DNA from: Candidatus Cloacimonadota bacterium
GTDB taxonomy: Bacteria > Cloacimonadota > Cloacimonadia > JGIOTU-2
Length of the DNA stretch: 64,000 nucleotides
NCBI GenBank assembly: GCA_049903315.1
Contig: JBNGBT010000002.1
Span: 64,001-128,000 of the forward strand
Direction: 5' to 3'
Each line of letters begins with the position of its first letter. Position 1 is the first letter of the stretch. Below are positions 28,741 through 38,350 of this stretch, piece by piece. The translations under genes were made by a program, and so were the position numbers. The notes under the pieces are model-generated. The model ran no database searches, was not told the DNA's origin, and was given only the letters and a program-made list of their open reading frames with translations.

Positions 28741-29685
28741 ATGAAATATTTAGTAACTGGTGGAGCTGGATTTATTGGCTCAAATATTGTTCAGGAACTT
28801 CTTAATAGAGGAGAGTATGTTCGCGTTCTCGATAATTTTGCTACAGGGAAACGAGAGAATATATTTTGCTTTAAAGATAATGAAAATTTTGAACTCCTTG
28901 AGGGCGACTTACGGAGTTTTCATACAGTGCGCAACGCAGTTCGGGGCATGGATTATATTCTCCATCAAGGCGCTCTGCCATCAGTTCCCAGATCAATACA
29001 AGATCCCATTACTACGAATGATGTGAATATATTAGGAACATTAAATATTTTGGAAGCTGCTCGTGAATTCGATGTGAAAAGAATCATATATGCTTCTTCA
29101 TCCTCTATATACGGAGATAGTAAAGAGTTGCCCAAAAAAGAAGATATGTTTATTCAACCCCTTTCTCCCTATGCCCTTTCTAAATATACTGCAGAAAGAT
29201 ATTGCCAGATTCATACACTCATATATGGTCTTGAAACAGTTTGTCTTCGCTACTTTAATGTCTTCGGACCAAATCAGGATCCATTTTCTCAATATAGTGC
29301 TGTTATCCCAAAGTTTATTAAATTAATTTCGGCTGAGATACCACCTACAATATTTGGTGATGGCTCTCAATCCAGAGATTTTACATTCGTTCAAAATGTT
29401 GTGGAAGCTAATCTATTAGCTTGTACCGCTCCCGATACCGCAGGACAGGTAATAAATATAGCTTGTCAAGAGAGCACCACACTTATTGAACTTGTTAAAA
29501 TGATCAATGAAAAACTGCATAAAAATATTGAACCTTTATTTTCTGATAAGAGAAGTGGTGATGTAAAACATTCGTTAGCGTCCATAAAAAAAGCTGAAGA
29601 ATTATTACAATACAAAGTTGAAGTCCCATTTAGGGATGGATTATATAAGACAATAAATTTTTTACTTAATAACAAGGAGAATTGA
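28741..29685 (+). CDS. SDR sugar epimerase, WbpP/TviC-like UDP-GlcNAc(A) 4-epimerase
   Basis: TGGAGFIGS, HQGALPSVPRS, SPYALSK, LRYFNVFGPNQDP.SQYSAVIP. Confidence 0.88.
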   Translation: MKYLVTGGAGFIGSNIVQELLNRGEYVRVLDNFATGKRENIFCFKDNENFELLEGDLRSFHTVRNAVRGMDYILHQGALPSVPRSIQDPITTNDVNILGTLNILEAAREFDVKRIIYASSSSIYGDSKELPKKEDMFIQPLSPYALSKYTAERYCQIHTLIYGLETVCLRYFNVFGPNQDPFSQYSAVIPKFIKLISAEIPPTIFGDGSQSRDFTFVQNVVEANLLACTAPDTAGQVINIACQESTTLIELVKMINEKLHKNIEPLFSDKRSGDVKHSLASIKKAEELLQYKVEVPFRDGLYKTINFLLNNKEN

Positions 29686-30644
29686 TGAATATTTTAATTA
29701 CTGGAGGTTCGGGATTTATAGGATCATATCTTGCTGAGCACCTTCTAAAGAATGGCGATTCTGTCGTAATTTTGGATAACCTTTCCACTGGACGATTGGC
29801 AAATATCAAAAATATTTATCGTCACAAGAATCTCGAAGTCCATATTGATACGATTTTCAACCGTGAACTCGTCGATGAATTAGTGAAAAATTGTGATCAG
29901 GTATATCATCTCGCAGCAGCTGTCGGGGTTCGATTTATAGTAGATAATCCTGTCCAAACTATCGAAACAAATGTAGGTGGCTCGGAAATACTTCTAAAAG
30001 CAGCAAATAAATATAAGAAAAAAATATTCATCGCTTCAACTTCCGAGGTATATGGTAAATCCGACGAGCTTCCTTTTAAGGAAGATGCGATGAGAATCTA
30101 TGGTCCCACAACTATCCGCAGATGGTCATATGCCGAGTCAAAAGCTATTGATGAATTCCTTGCATTAGCATACCTTCATGAAAAAAAATTACCGGTTGTC
30201 ATTGCTCGATTATTCAACACAGTTGGTCCACGGCAGACTGGGCAGTATGGTATGGTCGTTCCACGCTTTGTCCAGCAAGCGTTGCTTGATCACCCACTTA
30301 CTGTTTACGGAGATGGGAAACAAACACGCTGTTTTGGTTATGTGGGGGACATTGTCGAAGCTATTGTAAAACTCATGGATAACGATAAGTGCATCGGTCA
30401 AATATACAATATCGGGACAAACGAAGAAATTTCTATTTACAATCTAGCTGAAAAAGTAAAAGAACTCACTAAAAGTTCATCACAGATAAAACTTGTTCCT
30501 TATGATGAAGCATACGAAGAAGGTTTCGAGGATATGAAAAGAAGAATTCCTGACATCTCAAAAGCAGGCAGGGATATCAATTATAAAGCGAAAGTATCTC
30601 TTACAAGAATCTTGCAGGAAATCATTGAATACTATAAAAAATAA
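29682..30644 (+). CDS. NAD-dependent nucleotide-sugar epimerase/dehydratase (UDP-glucuronate decarboxylase-like SDR)
   Basis: TGGSGFIGS, HLAAAVGV, STSEVYG, RWSYAESK, RLFNTVGPRQ. Confidence 0.85.
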   Translation: MMNILITGGSGFIGSYLAEHLLKNGDSVVILDNLSTGRLANIKNIYRHKNLEVHIDTIFNRELVDELVKNCDQVYHLAAAVGVRFIVDNPVQTIETNVGGSEILLKAANKYKKKIFIASTSEVYGKSDELPFKEDAMRIYGPTTIRRWSYAESKAIDEFLALAYLHEKKLPVVIARLFNTVGPRQTGQYGMVVPRFVQQALLDHPLTVYGDGKQTRCFGYVGDIVEAIVKLMDNDKCIGQIYNIGTNEEISIYNLAEKVKELTKSSSQIKLVPYDEAYEEGFEDMKRRIPDISKAGRDINYKAKVSLTRILQEIIEYYKK

Positions 30645-30646
30645 GC

Positions 30647-31084
30647 ATGGAGTACAAAAATAAGAAGGCTGCAAAGGATTATTATATTGAGAAAACCTTT
30701 GAAACGGGCATTGTGCTTACTGGTAACGAAATCAAATCCATACGTGAAGGAAGAGTGAACTTTACTGACAGTTATGCCCGTGTGAAAGAAGGTGAGCTCT
30801 GGCTCGAAAACCTTCATATAAGTCCTTATGATAAAGGTTTTAACTATGATTATAATCCTAAGCGAGCCCGAAAACTGCTCATGCATAAATACGAAATTAA
30901 CAGGTTAGATACTAAAATTGCTGAAAAAGGTTACACTCTTATCCCGCTTTCTCTGTTTATAAATGATAATGGATTAGCAAAAATAATTATCGGTCTCGCC
31001 AAGGGGAAACACACATATGAAAAGCGCGATAAGATAAAAGCAAGAGATGCTGAACGCGAGATGGATCGAACAAGGCAAAGATAA
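30647..31084 (+). CDS. smpB: SsrA-binding protein
   Basis: NKKAAKDY, GIVLTGNEIKSIR, RKLLMHK.EI, GYTLIPL, LAKGKH.YEKR. Confidence 0.97.
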   Translation: MEYKNKKAAKDYYIEKTFETGIVLTGNEIKSIREGRVNFTDSYARVKEGELWLENLHISPYDKGFNYDYNPKRARKLLMHKYEINRLDTKIAEKGYTLIPLSLFINDNGLAKIIIGLAKGKHTYEKRDKIKARDAEREMDRTRQR

Positions 31085-31089
31085 AAACT

Positions 31090-31923
31090 ATGAATTGGAT
31101 CTGGAATCCTGCAACCCATATACAGCTCTGCAAATTGGCATTATTAAAAATGTCTCCCTTTTTTAATGAACTGATCAACATTTATCCTCAATACTTCGAA
31201 CTTGGTATCATTGCTCCGGATAAATTATTTTGTGATACAACAAATCACTACTATAACTGTACTCCAAGTCCGTCAGGTTATCATTATGGCAGTGTAGTGA
31301 AAAAGATCATAAAAGAAGTAAATTTGATCAAAGAAATGATACATAATTATAACACGCTGATATATCATCACAATTGTGATGATTATATTGCGCATATCCT
31401 TGATAATCCGATAAAAACTCTCGTGTTTGAGCTTGGTGTTATCTCTCATTATGTTGCAGATTTGCACCAACCCTTCCACACTGATGGGAAATACAGATTT
31501 GAATATGAAGAAGTTCCACATCGGATATATGAGGCAGATGTGCGTAAACATTTTGGTGAATTAAGGATCGATGTTGGTAACAGACGCTACAGAATTCCTA
31601 ATCTTGAAGAATATCTTTATGCTGCAATTTATAGGATCAATAAATCTTATGATAAATTAATTAATTATTATTTTCTCACCCCAAGCAAAGTTAAGGTAGA
31701 CAGGTGGGAAAAAGCAATATCTAGAACTGAAAAATTTCTCTCAGAAGCCGCAAAATGCATTGCAAACATATGGTTTATATTCGAATCAGAGCTAAAAGTA
31801 TATAAAAAACAGTTGAAAAATATTTACTTAATGCAACAATTTGATAGTATAATTGATTTGAATGGCATCTATCACTTGAAAATATATGATTCAGGAACAA
31901 TGAGCATACGAAGGAGAAAATGA
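31090..31923 (+). CDS. Zinc-dependent phospholipase C / S1-P1 nuclease superfamily protein
   Basis: N-terminal W...TH, APD, HYVADLHQPFH, H..YE metal ligands. Confidence 0.7.
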   Translation: MNWIWNPATHIQLCKLALLKMSPFFNELINIYPQYFELGIIAPDKLFCDTTNHYYNCTPSPSGYHYGSVVKKIIKEVNLIKEMIHNYNTLIYHHNCDDYIAHILDNPIKTLVFELGVISHYVADLHQPFHTDGKYRFEYEEVPHRIYEADVRKHFGELRIDVGNRRYRIPNLEEYLYAAIYRINKSYDKLINYYFLTPSKVKVDRWEKAISRTEKFLSEAAKCIANIWFIFESELKVYKKQLKNIYLMQQFDSIIDLNGIYHLKIYDSGTMSIRRRK

Positions 31924-32600
31924 ATAATAACGCCGTTATACAGATTGAAAATATTACAAAGATATATCAGATGGGAAAGGTAAAAGTTCCTGCACTTGCC
32001 GGCATTGACCTTTCAATAGAGCCACATACCTACACTTCAATTATGGGACCTTCCGGTTCGGGTAAATCAACATTGCTTCATATTTTGGGATGCCTTGACA
32101 CACCAACCGATGGCGTGTATTATCTTGATCATGAAAAGGTGAGTGATTTAAGTTATAATAAACTTGCTGAGATTCGCAATAATAAGATCGGTTTCGTATT
32201 TCAGGTTTTTAACCTTTTGCCGAATATGAATATTTTGGAAAACGTTGAGCTACCTCTTATGTATGCTGGAGTACATAAGAAAAAGAGGAAACAGCGCGCG
32301 TCAGAAGTTCTTGAACAAGTGGGACTTGGACACCGTCTGAAACATAAACCACAGGAATTATCTGGTGGCGAGAGACAACGTACAGCCATTGCACGGGCAT
32401 TGGCGAATAATCCTGCAATTATTCTTGCTGATGAGCCGACAGGAAACCTCGACAGCACTTCCGGAAGCAGTATCATGAAAATATTCTCTGATCTGCATGA
32501 GCAGGGACACACGATCATCGTTGTAACACACGACAGTACGATTGCGAAAATGACACAGCGTGTGATCACACTAAGCGATGGAAAAGTTGTGAGCTTATGA
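31920..32600 (+). CDS. ABC transporter ATP-binding protein (MacB/LolD-like)
   Basis: GPSGSGKST, LSGGERQR, ILADEPTGNLD, VTHD. Confidence 0.93.
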   Translation: MNNNAVIQIENITKIYQMGKVKVPALAGIDLSIEPHTYTSIMGPSGSGKSTLLHILGCLDTPTDGVYYLDHEKVSDLSYNKLAEIRNNKIGFVFQVFNLLPNMNILENVELPLMYAGVHKKKRKQRASEVLEQVGLGHRLKHKPQELSGGERQRTAIARALANNPAIILADEPTGNLDSTSGSSIMKIFSDLHEQGHTIIVVTHDSTIAKMTQRVITLSDGKVVSL

Positions 32601-33823
32601 GCATATTTTATAACATACGACTCGGAGTTGTTGATATGATTCACAATGTTGGGCGTACTTTAATAACAATGCTTGGAGTAATCCTTGGTACAATGTCTAT
32701 TATTGCTGTTCTCGCGCTCGTAGAGGGGGGACGGGAGCAGTCGCTCCGTTGGCTTGAAGAACGGGGTGGCGTCCTCAAACTTTCAATTGATACTAAGTGG
32801 ACATTTGATCTTGATGAACGCTCACAGATTCGCGATCAGCGATTGATGTTAAAAGATATGAGACTCATAAGAAATTATTTTCCTGATCTTTTGAATTTTA
32901 GTCCCGAATCATCAAAGTGGCTTCAGATGAAATATAAGAATAAAAACTTTTCTACTCGTGTGAATGGTGTTTTTCCATCATATCAGGAAGCAGAAAATTT
33001 TAGTATTGGAGAGGGAAGGTTTATTTCTGAATTTGATATTGATCAAGCATCTCGTGTTATCGCAATTGGAGTAAGGGTCAAAGATGCACTCTTTGGGAAA
33101 GAAAATGCTCTTGGAAAAAACATTACAATCAACAATAACCAGTTCAAAGTCATTGGCATAATGGAAGAGAAGAAGATGGAAATCTCTGGTTGGAGTGGGC
33201 ACAATCCAATGGATTGGCTTAATCGCCAGTCTTTCATACCGCTTACTACCATGCTGAAAAAACTCTTCCCTGATGAACCAATTGATGAGATAAATTTTCA
33301 GGTCGCTTCATCAGAGATGGTAAAACCAACCCAGGAAAGATTGAATCAATTTCTTAAAGCTATGCGCCGTGGTGAGGAGATCTTCGAAGTCCGTGCAAAT
33401 AGCGACAGATTGGAGAATATTCAAAAAAATTCAAATGACACACAACTTATCCTCATGATCGTTGGTGGTATTTCTTTGATAGTTGGTGGTATAGTTATCA
33501 CAAATATTAGCCTTGCCTCGGTAAAAGAGCGTTTGCGTGAAATCGGCGTACGTATGGCGGTTGGAGCTAAAAGAAAGGATATACTCGTCCAATTCCTTAT
33601 ACAAACTACTTTTATGAGTTTGATCGGAGGAATATTCGGAGTTTTAATGGGATTATCGCTTCTACAAGCTCTCGAGAAATTTCTTTCTTCGCCCACAGCA
33701 GCAAATCCTAAAATGATCATTATAGCACTGATCTTATCAGTCGGAGTTGGCTTTATTGCAGGTTTCTTTCCTGCTATGCAGGCGAGTAGATCAGATCCAA
33801 TAAAAATCTTACGATACGAGTAG
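32597..33823 (+). CDS. ABC transporter permease (MacB/FtsX-like)
   Basis: One TM, periplasmic domain, ISLIVGGI, SVKERLREIGVRMAVGA, DPIKILRYE. Confidence 0.9.
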   Translation: MSIFYNIRLGVVDMIHNVGRTLITMLGVILGTMSIIAVLALVEGGREQSLRWLEERGGVLKLSIDTKWTFDLDERSQIRDQRLMLKDMRLIRNYFPDLLNFSPESSKWLQMKYKNKNFSTRVNGVFPSYQEAENFSIGEGRFISEFDIDQASRVIAIGVRVKDALFGKENALGKNITINNNQFKVIGIMEEKKMEISGWSGHNPMDWLNRQSFIPLTTMLKKLFPDEPIDEINFQVASSEMVKPTQERLNQFLKAMRRGEEIFEVRANSDRLENIQKNSNDTQLILMIVGGISLIVGGIVITNISLASVKERLREIGVRMAVGAKRKDILVQFLIQTTFMSLIGGIFGVLMGLSLLQALEKFLSSPTAANPKMIIIALILSVGVGFIAGFFPAMQASRSDPIKILRYE

Positions 33824-33826
33824 CAT

Positions 33827-34852
33827 ATGAAAAATAATTTCCTGAAATTCTGGCAAAATGTGAAGATAATCTATTCGAATTTTAGTACGGATCAAGCATA
33901 TTTAAGGGCTACCGGTCTTTCATACATAACATTTTTGGCATTCATGCCGTTTATTATGGTTATATTTCTTTTTACACCAAATATTACTGTAATAAAGATA
34001 AAAGACGTTTTCCTCAATTTTATTTTCACCACATTTATTCCTCAATCTGCCGATGTGCTCAAAGAGATCTTTAATGAGATGCTTGCACGAAGAACCGGTC
34101 TCGATGTAATCGGTATCATATTGCTTGTTATAACTTCATTTTATCTATTCAAATCAATTTCGCATACTTTTGATAAAATCTTACAGGCACAGAAACCGAA
34201 AAAAAGGTCTGTCTTTCGTGACTTTGAACGTTTCATTGCTGCTATTGTAGGAGGATTTATTGTTCTCGCAGCCCTCATTGTTGCGGCTTCCATGCCCGTA
34301 ATCAGTCAGATAATTCAGATAGGAATCTTCATCAAGCTGCTGCCATATCTGGGAATGATCCTGCTTATTTTTGCTCTTTATGAAGTTGTGTCTCCTGTGC
34401 ATCCCAAAGTGATCCATGCACTTATTGGTGCTGTGATAACAAGCTTTATCTGGTCAATCGGGAAAAGTGGTTTTGACTGGTATATTGCCACGTTTACTAA
34501 TGTCCGTTCAGTGTACGGAACACTTGGAGCTTTTCCGATATTTATGATTTGGCTTTATTTTACCTGGCTTACTATTCTCTTTGGAATGGAAATTGTCGCG
34601 TTTTTGTCGGGAAGAAAGAGTGCAACAAAAGCAGAGAAGAAAGAAGATAGTACAATTGCACTGACGTTATGTCTGGAAAAGAAAATTCCGGGTAAACTTG
34701 CAAAAGAGATCAAAGAAATCCAAAGATCAAAAAATGAAATTGATAATAAAACGTTTATAAAGTTAATAAAAGACATCGTAAATCCTTCCAAGAAAGAGGA
34801 CGAAGAAAAACCTGAACAAGAAAAGGAAACAGATGAGCTACAAGAGAAGTGA
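33827..34852 (+). CDS. YihY/virulence factor BrkB family membrane protein
   Basis: ATGLSYITFLAFMP, SVYGTLGAFPIFMIWLYFTW..ILFG. Confidence 0.85.
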   Translation: MKNNFLKFWQNVKIIYSNFSTDQAYLRATGLSYITFLAFMPFIMVIFLFTPNITVIKIKDVFLNFIFTTFIPQSADVLKEIFNEMLARRTGLDVIGIILLVITSFYLFKSISHTFDKILQAQKPKKRSVFRDFERFIAAIVGGFIVLAALIVAASMPVISQIIQIGIFIKLLPYLGMILLIFALYEVVSPVHPKVIHALIGAVITSFIWSIGKSGFDWYIATFTNVRSVYGTLGAFPIFMIWLYFTWLTILFGMEIVAFLSGRKSATKAEKKEDSTIALTLCLEKKIPGKLAKEIKEIQRSKNEIDNKTFIKLIKDIVNPSKKEDEEKPEQEKETDELQEK

Positions 34853-35576
34853 TAACAGGAAAGCAAACCAACTACGAGATATAAAGATCACAAGAAATTA
34901 TCTTCATGACCCTGAAGGATCTGTTCTTATCGAACTGGGAAACACCAAAGTGATCTGTACTGCGACTATTGATCATAAGGTACCTCAATTCATTAGAGAA
35001 AGCGGAGCGAAACACGGGTGGCTGACTGCCGAATACGATATGCTTCCCAGAAGTTCGAACAAACGGATACTGCGAGATAGATATCAGGGTAAGATCAAAG
35101 GGAGAAGCCAGGAAATACAGCGCTTGATTGGGCGTTCTCTACGAGCAATTTTCGATTTAACACAAATACCCGACAAACAAATAATACTGGATTGCGATGT
35201 CATCCAGGCAGATGGTGGCACACGGACTGCGGCAATCAACGGAAGCTTCATGGCATTATATGATGCCTGTTCATTCATGAGAGAAAGAAAATGGATAGGG
35301 GAGTTCCCAATCAAAAATTTCATTGGTGCTATCAGTGTTGGTGTTGTTCAGGATACAGTTCTGCTAGATCTTGCGTATGATGAGGATCTAGCAGCACAGG
35401 TTGATATGAATATCGTGATGGATGAAAATGGCAAATACATTGAAGTGCAGGGCACGAGCGAGGAAACACCATTTACTTCTGAACAACTTCAAAAAATGCT
35501 GAAGTATGCAGAAAAAGGCATCAAAGAGATTGTCGAATATCAGAAAGAATTAATACTAAAAGGGCTGACAGCATGA
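34833..35576 (+). CDS. rph: Ribonuclease PH
   Basis: GWLTAEYDMLPR, GRSQEIQRLIGRSLRA, DCDVIQADGGTRTA, IEVQGT. Confidence 0.97.
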   Translation: MSYKRSDNRKANQLRDIKITRNYLHDPEGSVLIELGNTKVICTATIDHKVPQFIRESGAKHGWLTAEYDMLPRSSNKRILRDRYQGKIKGRSQEIQRLIGRSLRAIFDLTQIPDKQIILDCDVIQADGGTRTAAINGSFMALYDACSFMRERKWIGEFPIKNFIGAISVGVVQDTVLLDLAYDEDLAAQVDMNIVMDENGKYIEVQGTSEETPFTSEQLQKMLKYAEKGIKEIVEYQKELILKGLTA

Positions 35577-37456
35577 AGGATTTGAGATTTTCAATTGAGC
35601 AACTCAACGAATTAAGCAGAATGTGCAAGGGTGATATACTCAAGATGACGACTATCGCGAAAAGCGGACACCCTGGTGGTTCAATGTCGTCTCTTGATTT
35701 GTATCTCGCATTGTATTCATATGCAAATATTACTCCTGAAAATCGCTTGAAGGATAATCGGGATAGGATTGTAATTAGTCACGGGCATACCGCACCTGGC
35801 ATATATTCTGTTCTCGGGCATTTCGGCTTTTTTGATATTAATGATGCGATTGCCTATTTCAGGAAAGCGGGAAGTATCTTTGAAGGTCATATTGAACCAG
35901 AAGTGCCGGGCATTGAATGGGCAACAGGCAATCTCGGGCAGGGATTATCGGCTGGAGCTGGCTTTGCATTGGCTGGAAAACAAAAGGGCTTGGATTATAA
36001 TGTTTATGTATGCATGGGAGATGGCGAGCAGCAAAAAGGGCAGTTAACCGAAGCTCGGAGATTTGCGAAAAAATACAATCTCTCAAACATAACTGCGCTT
36101 ATTGACTTTAATCAATTGCAAATCAGTGGCAATATTCACGATGTGATGCCCCAGAATATACGTGCAAATTATGAATCGGATGGATGGAATGTGATTGATA
36201 TCAACGGGCATGATTTTAAAGAAATATTTAGGGCACTGGATGAAGCAAATACAAGTAACAATCCGACTGTAATCATTGCTCACACTATTATGGGTCACGG
36301 AGTATCATTCATGGAAAATGATGAGGAATTTCATGGGAAAGCTCTCACATACTATGAATGCAGTAAAGCGCTGGCAGAACTCGGTTTGGTGAATGATCTT
36401 GATAGATATATAAAGATGAGAGAAGAGTTTGTGCTCCCCCGACCAGAGAAATATCATCCGATTTATCCTGAGATTGATGAGGGAGAAGGTGTTTTTTATT
36501 CGAAAGAGAAACCCGTAGCATGCAGAAATGCATATGGAAAAGCTCTGGCTGACCTTGCGCAGATCAATAAGAATGTTCAGTTTGCAGTCTTTGATTGTGA
36601 TCTTGCAGGATCTGTAAAAACTGCTCAATTTGCAAAGGAGAATCCTTCGAAATTTTATCAAGGAGGCATTCAGGAACATAATGCCGCAGTCGTTGCAGGC
36701 GTCATGTCCAAAGAGAATATCATAACATTTTTTTCTGATTTTGGTGTATTCGGAGTTGATGAAACCTATAATCAGCAGCGTCTGAATGATATCAATAAAA
36801 CAAATCTAAAACTTGTCACCACACATGTCGGTCTCAATGTCGGAGAGGATGGTAAAACTCATCAATGTATCGACTACATCTCTCTGATGAGCAATTTGTA
36901 CGGATTCAGAATACTCATTCCTGCTGATGGAAATCAAGCAGATAAGATAATTCGATATATTTCATCAATGTCAGGCAATTTCTATGTGCCGATAGGCAGA
37001 TCGGCTACGGCGATCATTACTGACGAGCAGGGGAATGAATTTTATGGAAAGAATTACATATTCAGATATGGTTCAGCAGACCATCTTCGAGCAGGAAAAG
37101 ATACTGCGTTGATCACAACAGGAGTCATGGTTGAGAAAGCATTGAAGATCTATGAAATTTTAAAGAAACAGGGAATTTCTCTTGATGTCTGGAATATTTC
37201 TTCCATAACAGAAATCCAGGAAGATGATCTCGAGAAAATTGCACAGCATAAAAATATTTTCACCTATGAAGATCATAATGTCAATACAGGCATGGGCTCG
37301 ATCATCGTAGCAAAAATGAACCAGTTCCATTTAGACGCATGTGTACATCGATTTGGTGTCACTCATTACGGTATTTCGGGAAACAGTGAAGAAGTGTATG
37401 CATATTTTCATCTTGACCCGGAATCAGTAGCTGAAAAGATCACAAGACTGATATAA
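35573..37456 (+). CDS. tkt: Transketolase
   Basis: SGHPGGSMS, SHGH, TGNLGQGL, TPP motif GDGE...N, GIQEHN, GEDGKTHQ. Confidence 0.9.
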   Translation: MKDLRFSIEQLNELSRMCKGDILKMTTIAKSGHPGGSMSSLDLYLALYSYANITPENRLKDNRDRIVISHGHTAPGIYSVLGHFGFFDINDAIAYFRKAGSIFEGHIEPEVPGIEWATGNLGQGLSAGAGFALAGKQKGLDYNVYVCMGDGEQQKGQLTEARRFAKKYNLSNITALIDFNQLQISGNIHDVMPQNIRANYESDGWNVIDINGHDFKEIFRALDEANTSNNPTVIIAHTIMGHGVSFMENDEEFHGKALTYYECSKALAELGLVNDLDRYIKMREEFVLPRPEKYHPIYPEIDEGEGVFYSKEKPVACRNAYGKALADLAQINKNVQFAVFDCDLAGSVKTAQFAKENPSKFYQGGIQEHNAAVVAGVMSKENIITFFSDFGVFGVDETYNQQRLNDINKTNLKLVTTHVGLNVGEDGKTHQCIDYISLMSNLYGFRILIPADGNQADKIIRYISSMSGNFYVPIGRSATAIITDEQGNEFYGKNYIFRYGSADHLRAGKDTALITTGVMVEKALKIYEILKKQGISLDVWNISSITEIQEDDLEKIAQHKNIFTYEDHNVNTGMGSIIVAKMNQFHLDACVHRFGVTHYGISGNSEEVYAYFHLDPESVAEKITRLI

Positions 37457-37461
37457 AATTT

Positions 37462-38343
37462 ATGTCTATCTTTGGATTTATTTCTCAGTATGAACGAACA
37501 AGGCGTAAACTCAAGCATAGTTTCTTTTCATATTATAAATACAATCTACGAATCCTTTTTTTTAGAATATATATTAGAATAAAATATTCATTATTCATCA
37601 AACTTCGCCTTTATTCCTTTTTTAAGAATACACTTTTTGTTTCCGCAGATATCGAAACCTACGGGTACTGCAATCGTTCCTGTGAATTTTGTTTTAATAA
37701 TCCAAGATTTGAGCAGAGAGAAAAAGGTGTGATGCCATCGGCATTATGGAAAAAGATCATTGATGAGTTGTCAGCACTCCATTATTATGGGCGGATATCG
37801 CCACATTTTTTTGGTGAACCACTGCTGGATAAACGGTTGCCCGATTTGATTTCTTATGCAAGAGAAAAATGTCCGAATAGTTATATCCTGATCGTCTCAA
37901 ATGGTGACATACTTGATAATTCAACATTTCTAAAACTCATTTCTGCCGGTGTTAACAGATTCTATATCACGAATTATTCTGAAAAATTAAGCTCTACGAT
38001 TCAAGAGCTTGTAGATAAATATCCTGCTTATATTTCTGTCCGTCATTACACTGATTTTTATAAAATTGATCGTGCAGGCATGCTATTTGAAAGGGGAAGC
38101 TCTGTGAAAAAACCATGTCTCTCGTTATTTGGTCAGTTGGTTATAAATTGGAAAGGGCAGGTTGTTCTTTGCTGCATGGATTATTATGCAAAATATATTT
38201 TTGGATCTGCGAGCGAAAGGCGGATTGCCGATATCTGGAGAGATAAAAAAATATCAGATTTCAGAAAAAAATTAATCAAAGGTGTGAGAGAATCTGTTGA
38301 AATATGTAAATTTTGTGATTATAATGGAAGTATGCCCTGGTGA
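37462..38343 (+). CDS. Radical SAM protein with SPASM/twitch domain
   Basis: CNRSCEFC (CxxxCxxC), GEPLLD, SNG, C-terminal PC...VLCCMD...CKFC. Confidence 0.88.
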   Translation: MSIFGFISQYERTRRKLKHSFFSYYKYNLRILFFRIYIRIKYSLFIKLRLYSFFKNTLFVSADIETYGYCNRSCEFCFNNPRFEQREKGVMPSALWKKIIDELSALHYYGRISPHFFGEPLLDKRLPDLISYAREKCPNSYILIVSNGDILDNSTFLKLISAGVNRFYITNYSEKLSSTIQELVDKYPAYISVRHYTDFYKIDRAGMLFERGSSVKKPCLSLFGQLVINWKGQVVLCCMDYYAKYIFGSASERRIADIWRDKKISDFRKKLIKGVRESVEICKFCDYNGSMPW

Positions 38344-38350
38344 AAGCTTC

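Noticed and set aside
30647..31100. tmRNA (ssrA) next to smpB
   Set aside because: Both flanks are coding with gaps of only a few nt, and no GGGG..-like tmRNA ends were seen.
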